Shown here: piece by piece, positions 11,984 through 25,767 of the stretch
Position numbering within the stretch: position 1 is the first letter of the stretch
Layout: the number at the start of each line of letters is the position of its first letter
Source: Pseudomonadota bacterium
Lineage (GTDB): Bacteria; Pseudomonadota; Alphaproteobacteria; Acetobacterales; Acetobacteraceae
Assembly: GCA_021847175.1 (NCBI GenBank)
Contig: JAJZUI010000001.1
Coordinates: forward strand, 1-55,336
Reading direction: 5' to 3'
Length of the DNA stretch: 55,336 bases
Notes under the pieces: model-generated
What the model saw: only the letters and a program-made list of their open reading frames with translations
Database searches by the model: none
Told to the model about the DNA's origin: nothing
Position numbers and translations under genes: made by a program

Positions 11984-13497
11984 TGCACCGGGGCGTGCGC
12001 GGTTCGTACGCGTCCGCCTCCCGCCCGGAGCTTTCCCTGCTCGCCGTCATCGCGCTGGCGGCGCTCGCGCTCCGCCTCGCGGGCCTCTGGTCCGCACCGC
12101 TCGATTTCGACGAAATCGCAACGAATTACTTCGCCCATCTCTCCCTCCACGGGCTCATCGCCCAGTCCGCGCTGCGCGAGCCGAACCCGCCCAGCTTCTA
12201 CGTCCTGGAACACCTGCTGCTCCTCGCAGGCCTTTCCGGGCGCGCCCTGCGCCTGCCCACCATCCTCGCCGGCACCGCCACAGTGCCGCTCGCCTGGGCG
12301 ATCGCGCGCCGGCTGGACGGCCGCGCCGCCGGCCTTCTTGCCGCGGCACTCGTCGCGACCTCGCCCACCAGCCTCGCGATGGCGCTCGAGGCGCGCGTCT
12401 ACGCCCTGGTCGCCGCCGTCACGCTACTCGCGATCCTCCTGCTCCTGCTGCAGGCCGACGCCGCCCGCGAGACGGGAGAAGTCGGCTCCCGTAAAATCTG
12501 GCTCGGGATCGTCCTCGCCTCGGCGGCGCTGCTGTGGCTGCACGACGCCGACTTCGTCATCGTGCTCTCCCTCAATCTCCTCGCCTTCATTCTCTGGGCG
12601 TTCCAGATCCGCAACCGCCGCTTCGCCGGGGCCTGGCTGCTCTCGCAAAGCCTCGCCGCCCTCGCCTGGTCGCCCTGGCTCCCGGTCGTCCTGCGCCAGG
12701 CGCGGGACCGGACGATCAGGAACTTCTCCACCGCGCCCACGCTCGCCAACCTCAAGACCGACGTCATGCGCACGATCGGCCAGCCGCTGCTCGCCTTCGC
12801 CCAGCCCTGGTTCGACCGCATCGTCCTGCTCTTCGCCCCGCTCGGTGCCTTCCTCGCCCGCTGGCGCGCCGCCGCCCTCGCGCTGCTCGCCACCACGCTC
12901 GCCATCGGCCCCGCCATCGCCTATGCCGCGAGCCTCTGGAAGCCGATCCTGAACGGCAAGACCGAGCTCTGGATCCTCGCTCCGTTCCTCATCCTGGTTG
13001 CCATCGCCTTCGCCCGGCTGGGCCGCTTCGGCCACCTGGCCTTCGCCGTTCTCCTCGCCGCCCATCTCGCCGGCCTGTGGCGCATGGCCACCGCCGCCCC
13101 CAACAATGACGGCCCCGCCCTCGTCGCCGCGATGCGCCGCGAGGTCTGCCGCGGCGATCCCGTCTATTTCGACCCCGTGGGCATGCAGGCCGTTGCCGCC
13201 TACGCCGGCTGGCGCATGCCAGCCTCACTCGCCCTCGGCGACGGCGCGCTCGACTGGTACCGCGCGTTCCCCGGCCGCACGCTCGCCCGATGGCGCACCT
13301 CGCCCGCCGGCCGCTCCGCCGCTCGGCTATGGGTCGTCCAGCTCGGCAACCCGGAAAACCTCCGCCGCACCGAGGCGCGCCTCGGCCCCGCCTGGCACCG
13401 TGCCCATCTCTGGCGCGACGGCTACTACGCCCTCGCCTTGGAGCAACGCGGTCCACCCGGCCCACGAGCGTGCCCAGGGAACCCGGCTCGACCCTGA
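11983..13497 (+). CDS. GT-C fold membrane glycosyltransferase (family 39 / ArnT-PMT-like)
   Basis: ATG at 11983 overlaps the ftsY stop (TGATG). The product is polytopic, with a DFDE loop motif after TM1 and a hydrophobic PMT_2-like core. Family assignment is by resemblance only. Confidence 0.7.
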   Translation: MHRGVRGSYASASRPELSLLAVIALAALALRLAGLWSAPLDFDEIATNYFAHLSLHGLIAQSALREPNPPSFYVLEHLLLLAGLSGRALRLPTILAGTATVPLAWAIARRLDGRAAGLLAAALVATSPTSLAMALEARVYALVAAVTLLAILLLLLQADAARETGEVGSRKIWLGIVLASAALLWLHDADFVIVLSLNLLAFILWAFQIRNRRFAGAWLLSQSLAALAWSPWLPVVLRQARDRTIRNFSTAPTLANLKTDVMRTIGQPLLAFAQPWFDRIVLLFAPLGAFLARWRAAALALLATTLAIGPAIAYAASLWKPILNGKTELWILAPFLILVAIAFARLGRFGHLAFAVLLAAHLAGLWRMATAAPNNDGPALVAAMRREVCRGDPVYFDPVGMQAVAAYAGWRMPASLALGDGALDWYRAFPGRTLARWRTSPAGRSAARLWVVQLGNPENLRRTEARLGPAWHRAHLWRDGYYALALEQRGPPGPRACPGNPARP

Positions 13498-13510
13498 GGC
13501 GAGAACCTCG

Positions 13511-13518
13511 CCGCCACC
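13511..13518. repeat. left copy of 8-bp target-site duplication CCGCCACC
   Basis: Identical octamer directly abuts both IS termini (13511-13518 and 16499-16506). Confidence 0.85.
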
Positions 13519-13614
13519 GTAAGCGTCCGGTCTCCGGCGTGTGGCGGCGCGCGCTGCAACCAGCGATCCTGCTGATCTCTGGAGCCTCTCTCTGGACTCC
13601 AGAAGGAGGCAGAC

Positions 13615-14037
13615 TTGGCTGAAGTAGAGATCTTGGGGCCGTCGGATCGACGGCGCACCTGGAGTGAACAGGAGAAGGCAGCGCTGCTGGCCGAGGTGGA
13701 CGCCGAAGGCGGCAAGGTGCGGCTGGTCGCACAGCGGCACCAGATGTCGGAGAGCCTCCTCTATAACTGGCGATCGGCTCGTAAGGCGGCCGCTGTAGCG
13801 ATGGGCGCGCCCGAGAACGTGGAGTTTGTGCCGATTGGCGTCATTGATGGCTCGGCGGCCCGCGGTCCGGCGATGTTGGCAGCGCCCGATCGGGGGCCAT
13901 CGCAGCCGCCGCCGATTGACGGCAAAGCCGGAACGATTGAGATCACGTTGCCGAACGGCACCCGTGTTTGCGTCGATGCTTCCGTCAATGAGAAAGCGTT
14001 GTCACGGGTGCTGCGCGCGATAAAGGGGCTCGCGTGA
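13615..14037 (+). CDS. tnpA: IS66 accessory protein TnpA (orf1, HTH)
   Basis: TTG start preceded by AAGGAGG. RRTWSEQEKAALLAEV...LLYNWR motif. Stop overlaps the tnpB start (ATGA). Confidence 0.85.
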   Translation: MAEVEILGPSDRRRTWSEQEKAALLAEVDAEGGKVRLVAQRHQMSESLLYNWRSARKAAAVAMGAPENVEFVPIGVIDGSAARGPAMLAAPDRGPSQPPPIDGKAGTIEITLPNGTRVCVDASVNEKALSRVLRAIKGLA

Positions 14038-14387
14038 TCAGCCTGGCGCCCGGGACCAAGGTCTTTCTCGCGTGCCGTCCGGTTGATTTGCGCAACGGGT
14101 TCGATGGCCTGGCAGCCAAGGCCCAGCAGGTGATCGGTGCCGATCCGTTCAGCGGACACCTCTTCATATTCCGCGGCAAGCGTGGCGATTACTTCAAGGG
14201 TCTGTATTGGGACGGCAGTGGAATGTGGCTGATTGCGAAGCGCCTTGAGAAGGGGCGCTTCGTCTGGCCGCCGATTGTCGATGGCTCAATGATGCTGACG
14301 CCCGCGCAGTTCTCGGTGCTGATCGAGGCGATGGATTGGCGACGCACGATAGCGCCGCTGCTGCCGGCGCAGCCAATGCTGGTCTGA
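14034..14387 (+). CDS. tnpB: IS66 Orf2 protein TnpB
   Basis: VFLACRPVDLRNGFDGLAAKAQQVIGADPFSGHLFIFRGKRGDYFKGLYWDGSGMWLIAKRLEKGRF is the highly conserved IS66 Orf2 sequence. Confidence 0.92.
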   Translation: MISLAPGTKVFLACRPVDLRNGFDGLAAKAQQVIGADPFSGHLFIFRGKRGDYFKGLYWDGSGMWLIAKRLEKGRFVWPPIVDGSMMLTPAQFSVLIEAMDWRRTIAPLLPAQPMLV

Positions 14388-14446
14388 CACATCACCGATT
14401 CCGGATTGATCCTGGTTCGGCCGGTTCGATCTTGGTAGATTTGCCC

Positions 14447-16045
14447 ATGTCGCTCGCCACGGCCGAACTGCCCACTGATCTTGCGGCCCTGCGTGCCTTC
14501 GCCTTGGCGTGCCAGGGCGAGCTGAAGGCCGCGCAGACCGCGGTGCAACTCAAGGCGCTGGAGATCGAGAAGCTGCGCTTCCAGATCGCCAAGTTGCGCC
14601 GGATGCAGTTTGGCCGGTCATCAGAACGGATCACGCGCCAGATCGAGCAGCTGGAGCTGCAGCTGGAAGAGCTGGAGACCGATGAGGCGGAGGATGTTGC
14701 GCGCGCTGAGGCCAGCGAACCCACAATGCCAATACCGGTGCGCGCGAAGCCGAAGCGTGAGCCACTGCCGGAGCACCTGCCGCGTCAGGAAGTAGTGCAC
14801 CAGCCCGATGATGATGGGGCGTGTGTCTGCCCGGCCTGCGGCGGCGGGATAGGCAAGCTCGGCGAGGATGTGACCGAGGTGCTGGATTACGTGCCAGGGC
14901 ACTTCCAGGTGATCCGCCACGTGCGGCCAAAATACGCTTGCCGCACATGCGATGTGATCACCCAGGCTCCCGCCCCGGCGATGCCGACGCCACGCGGCCG
15001 TGCCACACCCGCCATGCTGGCGCACCTGCTGGTATCGAAGTACTGCGATCACCTGCCGCTCTATCGTCAGTGCGAGATATACGCCCGCCAGGGATTGGAG
15101 CTGGATCGCTCGACCCTCTGCGACTGGGTTGGACAGGCGGCGTGGCTGCTGGATCCGATCGTCGCCGCGATCCGTGCGCATGTGTTCATTGCCAAGAAGA
15201 TACATGGCGATGACACCACGGTACCGGTGTTGGCACCGGGCCTGGGTCGGACCAAGACGGGACGACTTTGGGTTTACGTGCGCGACGACCGACCCTTTTG
15301 TGGCGATGCGCCACCGGCAGCGGCGTATTTCTACAGCCCCGACCGTGCCGCCGCGCATCCCGCCGCGCACATGGCAACCTTCACTGGCCTGCTCCAGGCG
15401 GACGGCTATGCGGGGTTTGAGAAGCTGTATGGCCCCGCCCGCACCAAGCCGGGCCCAATCACTGAAGTTGCATGCTGGGCACATACGCGGCGCGGGTTCT
15501 TCGATGAGTGGAAGCATCACAAATCTCCAACCGCAAAGCAGGCGCTCGATCGGATAGCCGCGATCTATGCCATTGAAGCAGGCGCTGCCTTTGTGCCCCC
15601 GTCGGAGCGCGTGGAACTGCGTCGCGAGACAGTGCCGCTGCTTGATGCATTCTTTGACTGGGCCGAAGCGACGGTTACCAAGCTGTCGGCCAAGTCCACC
15701 CTTGCCAACGCGTTCCGCTATGCGATCAATCGGCGCGAGGCACTGTCGAGGTTTGTCAGTGACGGTCGGCTTGAGGTGGACAACAATATTGCCGAGAACG
15801 CCATGCGCTGCGTTGCCATCGGGAGAAAGAACTACCTGTTCGCCGGCGCCGACAGCGGTGGGGAGCGGGCAGCGGCGATGTACACGATCGTGCAGACGAC
15901 GAAGCTCAACGGCGTGAACCCGGAAGCATACCTGCGAGACACGTTCGCCAGGATCGCCGAGGGCCACCCGATCAGCCGGATTGAGGAGCTGATGCCGTGG
16001 AGCTGGCCAACGATAGCTGTGCAACACGAGCCGAGAGAGAACTAA
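14447..16045 (+). CDS. tnpC: IS66-family transposase TnpC
   Basis: Leucine-zipper N-terminus, zinc-finger CPACGG...C, and DDE region (HGDDTTVPVL ... WAHTRRGFFD ... NNIAENAMRCVAIGRKNYLFAG). The start is chosen at ATG 14447. The track ORF extends to 14336. Confidence 0.9.
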   Translation: MSLATAELPTDLAALRAFALACQGELKAAQTAVQLKALEIEKLRFQIAKLRRMQFGRSSERITRQIEQLELQLEELETDEAEDVARAEASEPTMPIPVRAKPKREPLPEHLPRQEVVHQPDDDGACVCPACGGGIGKLGEDVTEVLDYVPGHFQVIRHVRPKYACRTCDVITQAPAPAMPTPRGRATPAMLAHLLVSKYCDHLPLYRQCEIYARQGLELDRSTLCDWVGQAAWLLDPIVAAIRAHVFIAKKIHGDDTTVPVLAPGLGRTKTGRLWVYVRDDRPFCGDAPPAAAYFYSPDRAAAHPAAHMATFTGLLQADGYAGFEKLYGPARTKPGPITEVACWAHTRRGFFDEWKHHKSPTAKQALDRIAAIYAIEAGAAFVPPSERVELRRETVPLLDAFFDWAEATVTKLSAKSTLANAFRYAINRREALSRFVSDGRLEVDNNIAENAMRCVAIGRKNYLFAGADSGGERAAAMYTIVQTTKLNGVNPEAYLRDTFARIAEGHPISRIEELMPWSWPTIAVQHEPREN

Positions 16046-16050
16046 CAAGA

Positions 16051-16464
16051 ATGGCCGGTTATCGGTATCGCATCAGCCTGAGGATTTGGCACCCAACCAG
16101 GTCACTTGAGGGGATGGCCACCGAACTAAATTTAACGCCTACCCGATTGGTACTTGCCGGCACACCTCGAACAACGAAGGCGGGGGCACCTCTCTCCGGC
16201 GTTCATACCGAAAATTATTGGACCGCAGAAATCATAGCGGGAGCGTACGCCGATCGCAGTCTTGCTTCCGCGCTAAGAGATGTCTTGGAGAGCCTTACTC
16301 CAAAGAGAGACCTGCTCAGAGGCCTAACCGTAGATGGCGGGAGGGTTGAACTCTTCATCGGCTGGTTCTTCGAAGAGGGAAACAGCGGCGACATTCTGGG
16401 CCATAAGCTTCTCGGCCAGCTTGCGGACCTATGCATCGACATCAGCTTGGATATCTACCCATAG
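16051..16464 (+). CDS. passenger ORF inside the IS66 element, DUF4279-like hypothetical protein (137 aa)
   Basis: ATG lies 6 nt after the tnpC stop, and the ORF ends 22 nt before the right inverted repeat. GC is about 50-65% per 60-nt line by hand count. Pattern YRISLRIW...LNLTPT...W...VELFIGWFF...LADLCIDISLDIY resembles my recollection of DUF4279 (proteins of about 120-150 aa). Confidence 0.55.
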   Translation: MAGYRYRISLRIWHPTRSLEGMATELNLTPTRLVLAGTPRTTKAGAPLSGVHTENYWTAEIIAGAYADRSLASALRDVLESLTPKRDLLRGLTVDGGRVELFIGWFFEEGNSGDILGHKLLGQLADLCIDISLDIYP

Positions 16465-16498
16465 CTTCACGAGCAAACGGCTGACGCCGGACGCTTAC

Positions 16499-16506
16499 CC
16501 GCCACC
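16499..16506. repeat. right copy of 8-bp target-site duplication CCGCCACC
   Basis: See the left copy. Confidence 0.85.
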
Positions 16507-16533
16507 GACAGCGTCAGCGCCTGCAGCCGCGCC

Positions 16534-16842
16534 TCACTTCAACGGAATGCGCAGCATCAATCCCGGCGCCAGCCGGTTGCCGATCGCGGTCCAGTGCTGG
16601 CTGCGCCGCGCCAGTTCGTTGTCATAGGCCGACCCTGGCGAATACGCGCCGCCCAGCGGCACATAGCCCCGCGTATCCGTGAGCCCCGGCACCACCTCCA
16701 CCCGCGGCTGCGTGCGCGGGCCCGGCACGTCGAAGCTCGCATCCGGGACCGGCGCCGGCACATAGCCCGATGCCGGTGCCTTACCGTGCCCCCCAGGCGC
16801 GGCGACCAGCAGCATCGCCGCCAGGGCGGCATGCGCCATCAT
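16534..16842 (-). CDS. small exported hypothetical protein (102 aa)
   Basis: MMAHAALAAMLLVAAPGG signal-like N-terminus and strong GC3 codon bias. The start overlaps the NUDIX gene stop (ATGA). It is the 3' part of a longer artefactual track ORF. Confidence 0.55.
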   Translation of the reverse strand: MMAHAALAAMLLVAAPGGHGKAPASGYVPAPVPDASFDVPGPRTQPRVEVVPGLTDTRGYVPLGGAYSPGSAYDNELARRSQHWTAIGNRLAPGLMLRIPLK

Positions 16843-17384
16843 GACCGCACCGCCCCAGGCCCAGCGAAACCTGGCCCTACCGGCTCCACCGCCGGCGCCC
16901 CCAACGGTCCCTGCGGGTTCGCGCGCCACGCCTCCAGCGTCCAGCGCACGGACGGAAACGCGATCGCCTCCCACGGGATCGCGTCCCATGCGAACAGCGC
17001 CACCTCCTCGCTCTCCGGCCCCGCGCCGAACCCCGGCGCGCCCTCGAAGCGCGCGCGGAACATCAGGTGCACCTGGCCGATGCGCGGGATGGAATAGACG
17101 CCGAGCAGCCCCTCGACCGCGATCGCCGCCTCGGCTTCCTCCATCGCTTCTCGCGCCGCCCCTTCGGCGGCCGACTCCCCATGCTCCATGAATCCGGCCG
17201 GCAGCGTCCAATACCCACGCCGCGGCTCGATCGCGCGCCGGCAAAGCAGGACGCGCCCCTCATGCGCCACCACGCTTCCCACCACGATCTTCGGGTTGTC
17301 ATAGGCGATGTGCCCGCACGCGTCGCACACCATGCGCTCGCGCGTATCACCGTCGGGCAGCCGCAGGCTGAACTGCTCGCTCAT
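16839..17384 (-). CDS. NUDIX hydrolase with N-terminal zinc-ribbon
   Basis: MSEQF start (ATG 17384-17382). CDACGHIAYDNP ribbon and Nudix box GFMEHGESAAEGAAREAMEEA. Confidence 0.85.
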   Translation of the reverse strand: MSEQFSLRLPDGDTRERMVCDACGHIAYDNPKIVVGSVVAHEGRVLLCRRAIEPRRGYWTLPAGFMEHGESAAEGAAREAMEEAEAAIAVEGLLGVYSIPRIGQVHLMFRARFEGAPGFGAGPESEEVALFAWDAIPWEAIAFPSVRWTLEAWRANPQGPLGAPAVEPVGPGFAGPGAVRS

Positions 17385-17473
17385 AGCGGGAATTTGGCCA
17401 CGCCACCCCCTCATCGCAAGCGCGGCTCGCGCGCCCCCTTGCGTGCCAACGGCCGCCGTTGTCTCTCTCGCCC

Positions 17474-18406
17474 ATGACAACCGACACAACCTGGCCGACG
17501 CTCGCGGACATCGAGGCCGCCGCCACCCGCATCGCGCCGCATGTGCGCCGCACCCCGGCGATGCGCGTCGCGCCCCACCTCGCGCTGCACCTCGAATCCC
17601 TGCAGGTCGCCGGCTCCTTCAAGCCGCGCGGCGCCTTTAACACCATGCTGCAACTGCCCCGTGAAACCCTGGCGCGAGGTGTTGCCACCGCCTCTGGCGG
17701 CAACCACGGCATGGGCGTCGCCTACGCCGCCCGCGCGCTGGGCATCCAGGCGACGATCTACGTCCCCGCCAGCACCGGCGAGGCGAAGCGCGCCGCCATC
17801 GCCGCCCTCGGCGCCACCGTGACGGTCCACGGCGACGTCTGGGACGACGCGGATGTGGCCGCTCGCGCCCACGCCGCGCAGAATGGCCTCGCCTACGTCC
17901 ACCCCTTCGCCGACCCGCGCGTGATAGCGGGGCAGGGGACGCTGGGGCTCGACCTCCTTGCCGCCACGCCCGCGCCCACGACGGTCCTGGTCGCCATCGG
18001 CGGCGGCGGCCTCGCCGCCGGCGTGGCACTCGCGCTCAAGGCCCGGGCCCCCAGCATCCGCCTCATCGGCGTCGAGCCGGAGGGCGCGCCCACGCTCCAC
18101 CACAGCGTCGCCGCAGGCCGCCCAATCCGCCTCGACAGCATCACTACGGTGGCCGGCACCCTGGCCCCGCGCGCCACCGACCCGCTCAACTTCGCCATCA
18201 TCCGCGAGCATTTCGACCGCATCGTCCTGGTTCCCGACGCAGCCATGCGCGAGGCTTCCCGCCACCTCTGGCGCGAGGCCGCCATCGCCACCGAACTCTC
18301 GGGTGCCGCCACCATCGCCGCCCTGCGCACCGGCGCCTACGCGCCCGCCCAGGGCGAGGAGGTCGTCGCCATCGTCTGCGGCGCCGGCAGCGATGGCTTC
18401 GGCTGA
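17474..18406 (+). CDS. PLP-dependent threonine/serine dehydratase family protein
   Basis: SFKPRGA lysine motif, GGNHG, and the glycine-rich GGGGL loop. Start at ATG 17474 (alternative TTG at 17459). Confidence 0.8.
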   Translation: MTTDTTWPTLADIEAAATRIAPHVRRTPAMRVAPHLALHLESLQVAGSFKPRGAFNTMLQLPRETLARGVATASGGNHGMGVAYAARALGIQATIYVPASTGEAKRAAIAALGATVTVHGDVWDDADVAARAHAAQNGLAYVHPFADPRVIAGQGTLGLDLLAATPAPTTVLVAIGGGGLAAGVALALKARAPSIRLIGVEPEGAPTLHHSVAAGRPIRLDSITTVAGTLAPRATDPLNFAIIREHFDRIVLVPDAAMREASRHLWREAAIATELSGAATIAALRTGAYAPAQGEEVVAIVCGAGSDGFG

Positions 18407-19623
18407 TCGTCTGCTCCCGAGCACCGGGGGCTACCGCGCCCTCCTCGCAAGTCCCGGCGTCGCGCCGCTACTGGCCGCGACCCTGCTCGGGCGGCTGGCC
18501 ACGCGCATGTTCTCGCTGGCGCTGGTCCTGTTCATGCTGGGCCGCTTCCACTCCCCCGCACTCGCCGGCTGGGCGACCTTCCTCTCCCTCGCGCCCGGCC
18601 TCCTCGCGAGTCCCATCGCCGGCGCCCTGCTCGACCGCCTCGGCACGCTGCGCGCCATCCGGACCGACCTCGCGCTCAACGTCGCGATCCTCGCCACGCT
18701 TGCGCTCCTCGGCGCGCACCTCGCCCCCGGCCCGATCCTGGCGCTGCTCGGCCTGCTGTCGCTCACCAGCCCACTCGGCTGGGCCGGCGTGCGTGCCGCC
18801 CTGCCACGCATGGTGCCGCAACCGCTCTGGCCCCGCGTCAACGCGCTGGACACCGCGACCTACGGCTTGGTGGATGTGACCGGTCCCGCCCTCGGCGGAT
18901 TCGCGATCGCCGTCCTCGGCGCCCCCGTCACCTTCGGCCTCGTCGCCGGGATCTACGCCGCGGCCGCGCTCTCGCTCTTCGCCGTCGGCCCCGTGCCGGC
19001 GCCCGAGGCTACCCGGCGCGGCCTTTTCAGCGACATCGCGGACGGCATCCTGCACTTCGCCCGCCACCGCACGCTGCGGGCGCTGTCGCTCTGCACCACG
19101 CTCTACAACGCCGCCTGGGGCGCGCTCACCATCCTGGTCCCGGTCGTGGCCCGCGCGGCACTCGGCGCGCGCGGCGACGCCGCGGCCGGCCTGTTCTGGA
19201 CCCTCGTCGGCGCCGCCGGCCTCGTCGCCTCCCTCACCGCGGGCCGCCTGCCCGTCGCCGGCAACGAGCGCCGCTTCCTCGCCATCGGCCTGGGGATCAC
19301 GGCCCTTGCCATCTTCCCCCTCGCGGCCTTCGGTGGCCTCGCGGGGCTGGCGCTCGCCATGGCCTTCATCGGCCTCGTTGCCGGCCCCGTGGACGTCGCC
19401 CTGATCACGCTGCGCCAGCGCCGCACCTCCCCGGCCTGGTTCGCCCGCATTCTCGTCCTGTCGATGAGCCTCAACGTCGCCGGCATGCCCGTGGGCGCCG
19501 CCATCGCCGGCCAGCTCGTCCGCTTCTCGCTGCCGCTCACCTTCGCCGCCGCGGCGCTGGCCTCGCTCGCTGCCACCGCCGCCGTCGCGCTGATCCCGCC
19601 GGAAGCGCCGAAAGCCGACGCGC

Positions 19624-19634
<11 letters not shown>
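18393..19634 (+). CDS. MFS transporter
   Basis: MASADRLL start overlaps the previous gene by 14 nt. About 12 predicted hydrophobic segments, 413 aa. Confidence 0.75.
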
Positions 19635-24183
<4,549 letters not shown>

Positions 24184-24188
24184 GTGCG

Positions 24189-25625
24189 TCACTCCGCGGC
24201 CTGCGGCACGCTCGCGCGCGCCTCGATGTACTTGTGGATGGAGGCTGCGGCATCGCGCCCGTCGCGGATGCCCCACACCACCAGCGACGCCCCGCGCACG
24301 ATATCTCCCGCCGCGAACACGCCCGGCAGCTTCGTCATGAACGTCCTGGGGTCGATCGCGACCGTCCCCCAGCGCGTCGTCTTCAGCGCCGGCTCCCCGA
24401 ACATGCCCGGCAGGTCCTCCGGGTCGAACCCCAGCGCCTTGATCACCAGGTCCGCGGGCACGCTGAAATGGCTGCCCTCGATCGGCTCCACCGCCTGCCG
24501 CCCGGAGGCGTCGGGCAGGCCCAGATGCATCCGCACCGCCCGCACCCCCGTCACCCGCCCGTCGCCATGGAACGCCTCGGGGGCGGCGAGCCACATGAAC
24601 TGCACGCCCTCCTCCTCGGCATTCGCCACCTCGCGCATGGAGCCCGGCATGTTCGCCCGGTCGCGCCGGTAGAGGCACACCACGCTCGCCGCCCCCTGCC
24701 GCACCGCGGTGCGCACGCAGTCCATCGCCGTGTCGCCGCCGCCGATCACCACCACTCGCTTGCCCCGCGCATCCAGCGCGCCGGAGGTGAATTCCGCCAC
24801 CGTATCGCCCAGCCCCTGCCGGTTGGACGCGATCAGGTAGTCGAGCGCCTTCACGATGCCGCCGAGCCCGGCGCCAGGCCCCCCCATTTCGCGCGCCTTG
24901 TACACCCCGGTCGCGACCAGCACCGCGTCGTGCCGTGCCCGCAACGAGGCGAAGCTCATGTCGGGCCCGATGGAAGTTCCGAGATGGAAACGAATTCCCG
25001 CCTGCTCCAGCAGCTCCACGCGCCGGCGCACCACCTGCTTCTCGAGCTTGAAATTCGGGATGCCGTAGATCAGCAGCCCGCCAGCCCGGTCGTGCCGGTC
25101 ATAGACATGCACCTGGTATCCCTTGGCACGCAGCTGCTCCGCCGCCGCCAGTCCCGCCGGCCCCGCGCCGACGATCCCCACGGAATGCGGCCGCTCCCGC
25201 GCCGGCCGGCGCGCCTTCACCCACCCTTCGGCAAACGCCGTCTCGGTGATGTGCCGCTCCACCGCCCCGATGGTCACGCTTTCGAACCCGGGCTCGATGA
25301 CGCAGTTGCCCTCGCACAGACGGTCCTGCGGGCAGATCCGCCCGCAGATCTCGGGGAAATTGTTGGTCGCGGAGGCAACCTCGTACGCCTCCTCCATCCG
25401 CCCCTCGGCGGTCAGCTTCAGCCAGTCCGGGATGTTGTTGTTGAGCGGGCAGTGCACCGAGCAGAACGGAACGCCGCACTGCGAACAGCGTGAGGCTTGG
25501 CCCGCGGCGGCCTTGGGGTCGAAGGGCGCGTAGATCTCGCCGAAATCGGCGCGGCGCTGCACGGCCTCCCGCTTGTCGGGTGTCGCCTGGGGCAGGCGGA
25601 CGAATTGCAGCATGCGTTCGGCCAT
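24189..25625 (-). CDS. gltD: glutamate synthase small subunit (NADPH)
   Basis: RCSQCGVPFCSVHCPLNNNIPDWL Fe-S region and two dinucleotide folds (GIVGAGPAGLAAA; VVVIGGGDTAMDC). Confidence 0.95.
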   Translation of the reverse strand: MAERMLQFVRLPQATPDKREAVQRRADFGEIYAPFDPKAAAGQASRCSQCGVPFCSVHCPLNNNIPDWLKLTAEGRMEEAYEVASATNNFPEICGRICPQDRLCEGNCVIEPGFESVTIGAVERHITETAFAEGWVKARRPARERPHSVGIVGAGPAGLAAAEQLRAKGYQVHVYDRHDRAGGLLIYGIPNFKLEKQVVRRRVELLEQAGIRFHLGTSIGPDMSFASLRARHDAVLVATGVYKAREMGGPGAGLGGIVKALDYLIASNRQGLGDTVAEFTSGALDARGKRVVVIGGGDTAMDCVRTAVRQGAASVVCLYRRDRANMPGSMREVANAEEEGVQFMWLAAPEAFHGDGRVTGVRAVRMHLGLPDASGRQAVEPIEGSHFSVPADLVIKALGFDPEDLPGMFGEPALKTTRWGTVAIDPRTFMTKLPGVFAAGDIVRGASLVVWGIRDGRDAAASIHKYIEARASVPQAAE

Positions 25626-25693
25626 GGGCGCGGACCTCTCTTACGGGGCCGTTTTATGGCCCACAAACGTCCGCTTCCAGCGTCGATTCAGAG

Positions 25694-25716
25694 ATAGGTC
25701 AAAATATATTACCTAT
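25694..25716. promoter_or_regulatory. candidate LysR-type box ATAGGT-N11-ACCTAT in the AT-rich gltDB upstream region
   Basis: Perfect 6-bp inverted repeat with an 11-nt AT-rich spacer (T-N11-A architecture), 69-91 bp upstream of the gltD ATG. It lies in the only clearly AT-rich stretch of this intergenic region. Confidence 0.35.
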
Positions 25717-25767
25717 TTTCCAGCAATCCAGCCATGCGAATGGCAAGATCTCCTCGCGGTACGGAAA

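Larger units (their letters stand above)
13519..16498 (+). mobile_element. IS66-family insertion sequence (2980 bp) with tnpA-tnpB-tnpC plus a passenger ORF
   Basis: Left terminus GTAAGCGTCCGG (13519-13530) and right terminus CCGGACGCTTAC (16487-16498) form a 12-bp perfect inverted repeat. GTAAGCG ends and 8-bp duplications are hallmarks of IS66. All three canonical ORFs are intact. Confidence 0.9.

Noticed and set aside
14621-16048. 475-aa ORF antisense to IS66 tnpC
   Set aside because: It fully overlaps the highly conserved transposase frame and has no motifs of its own.
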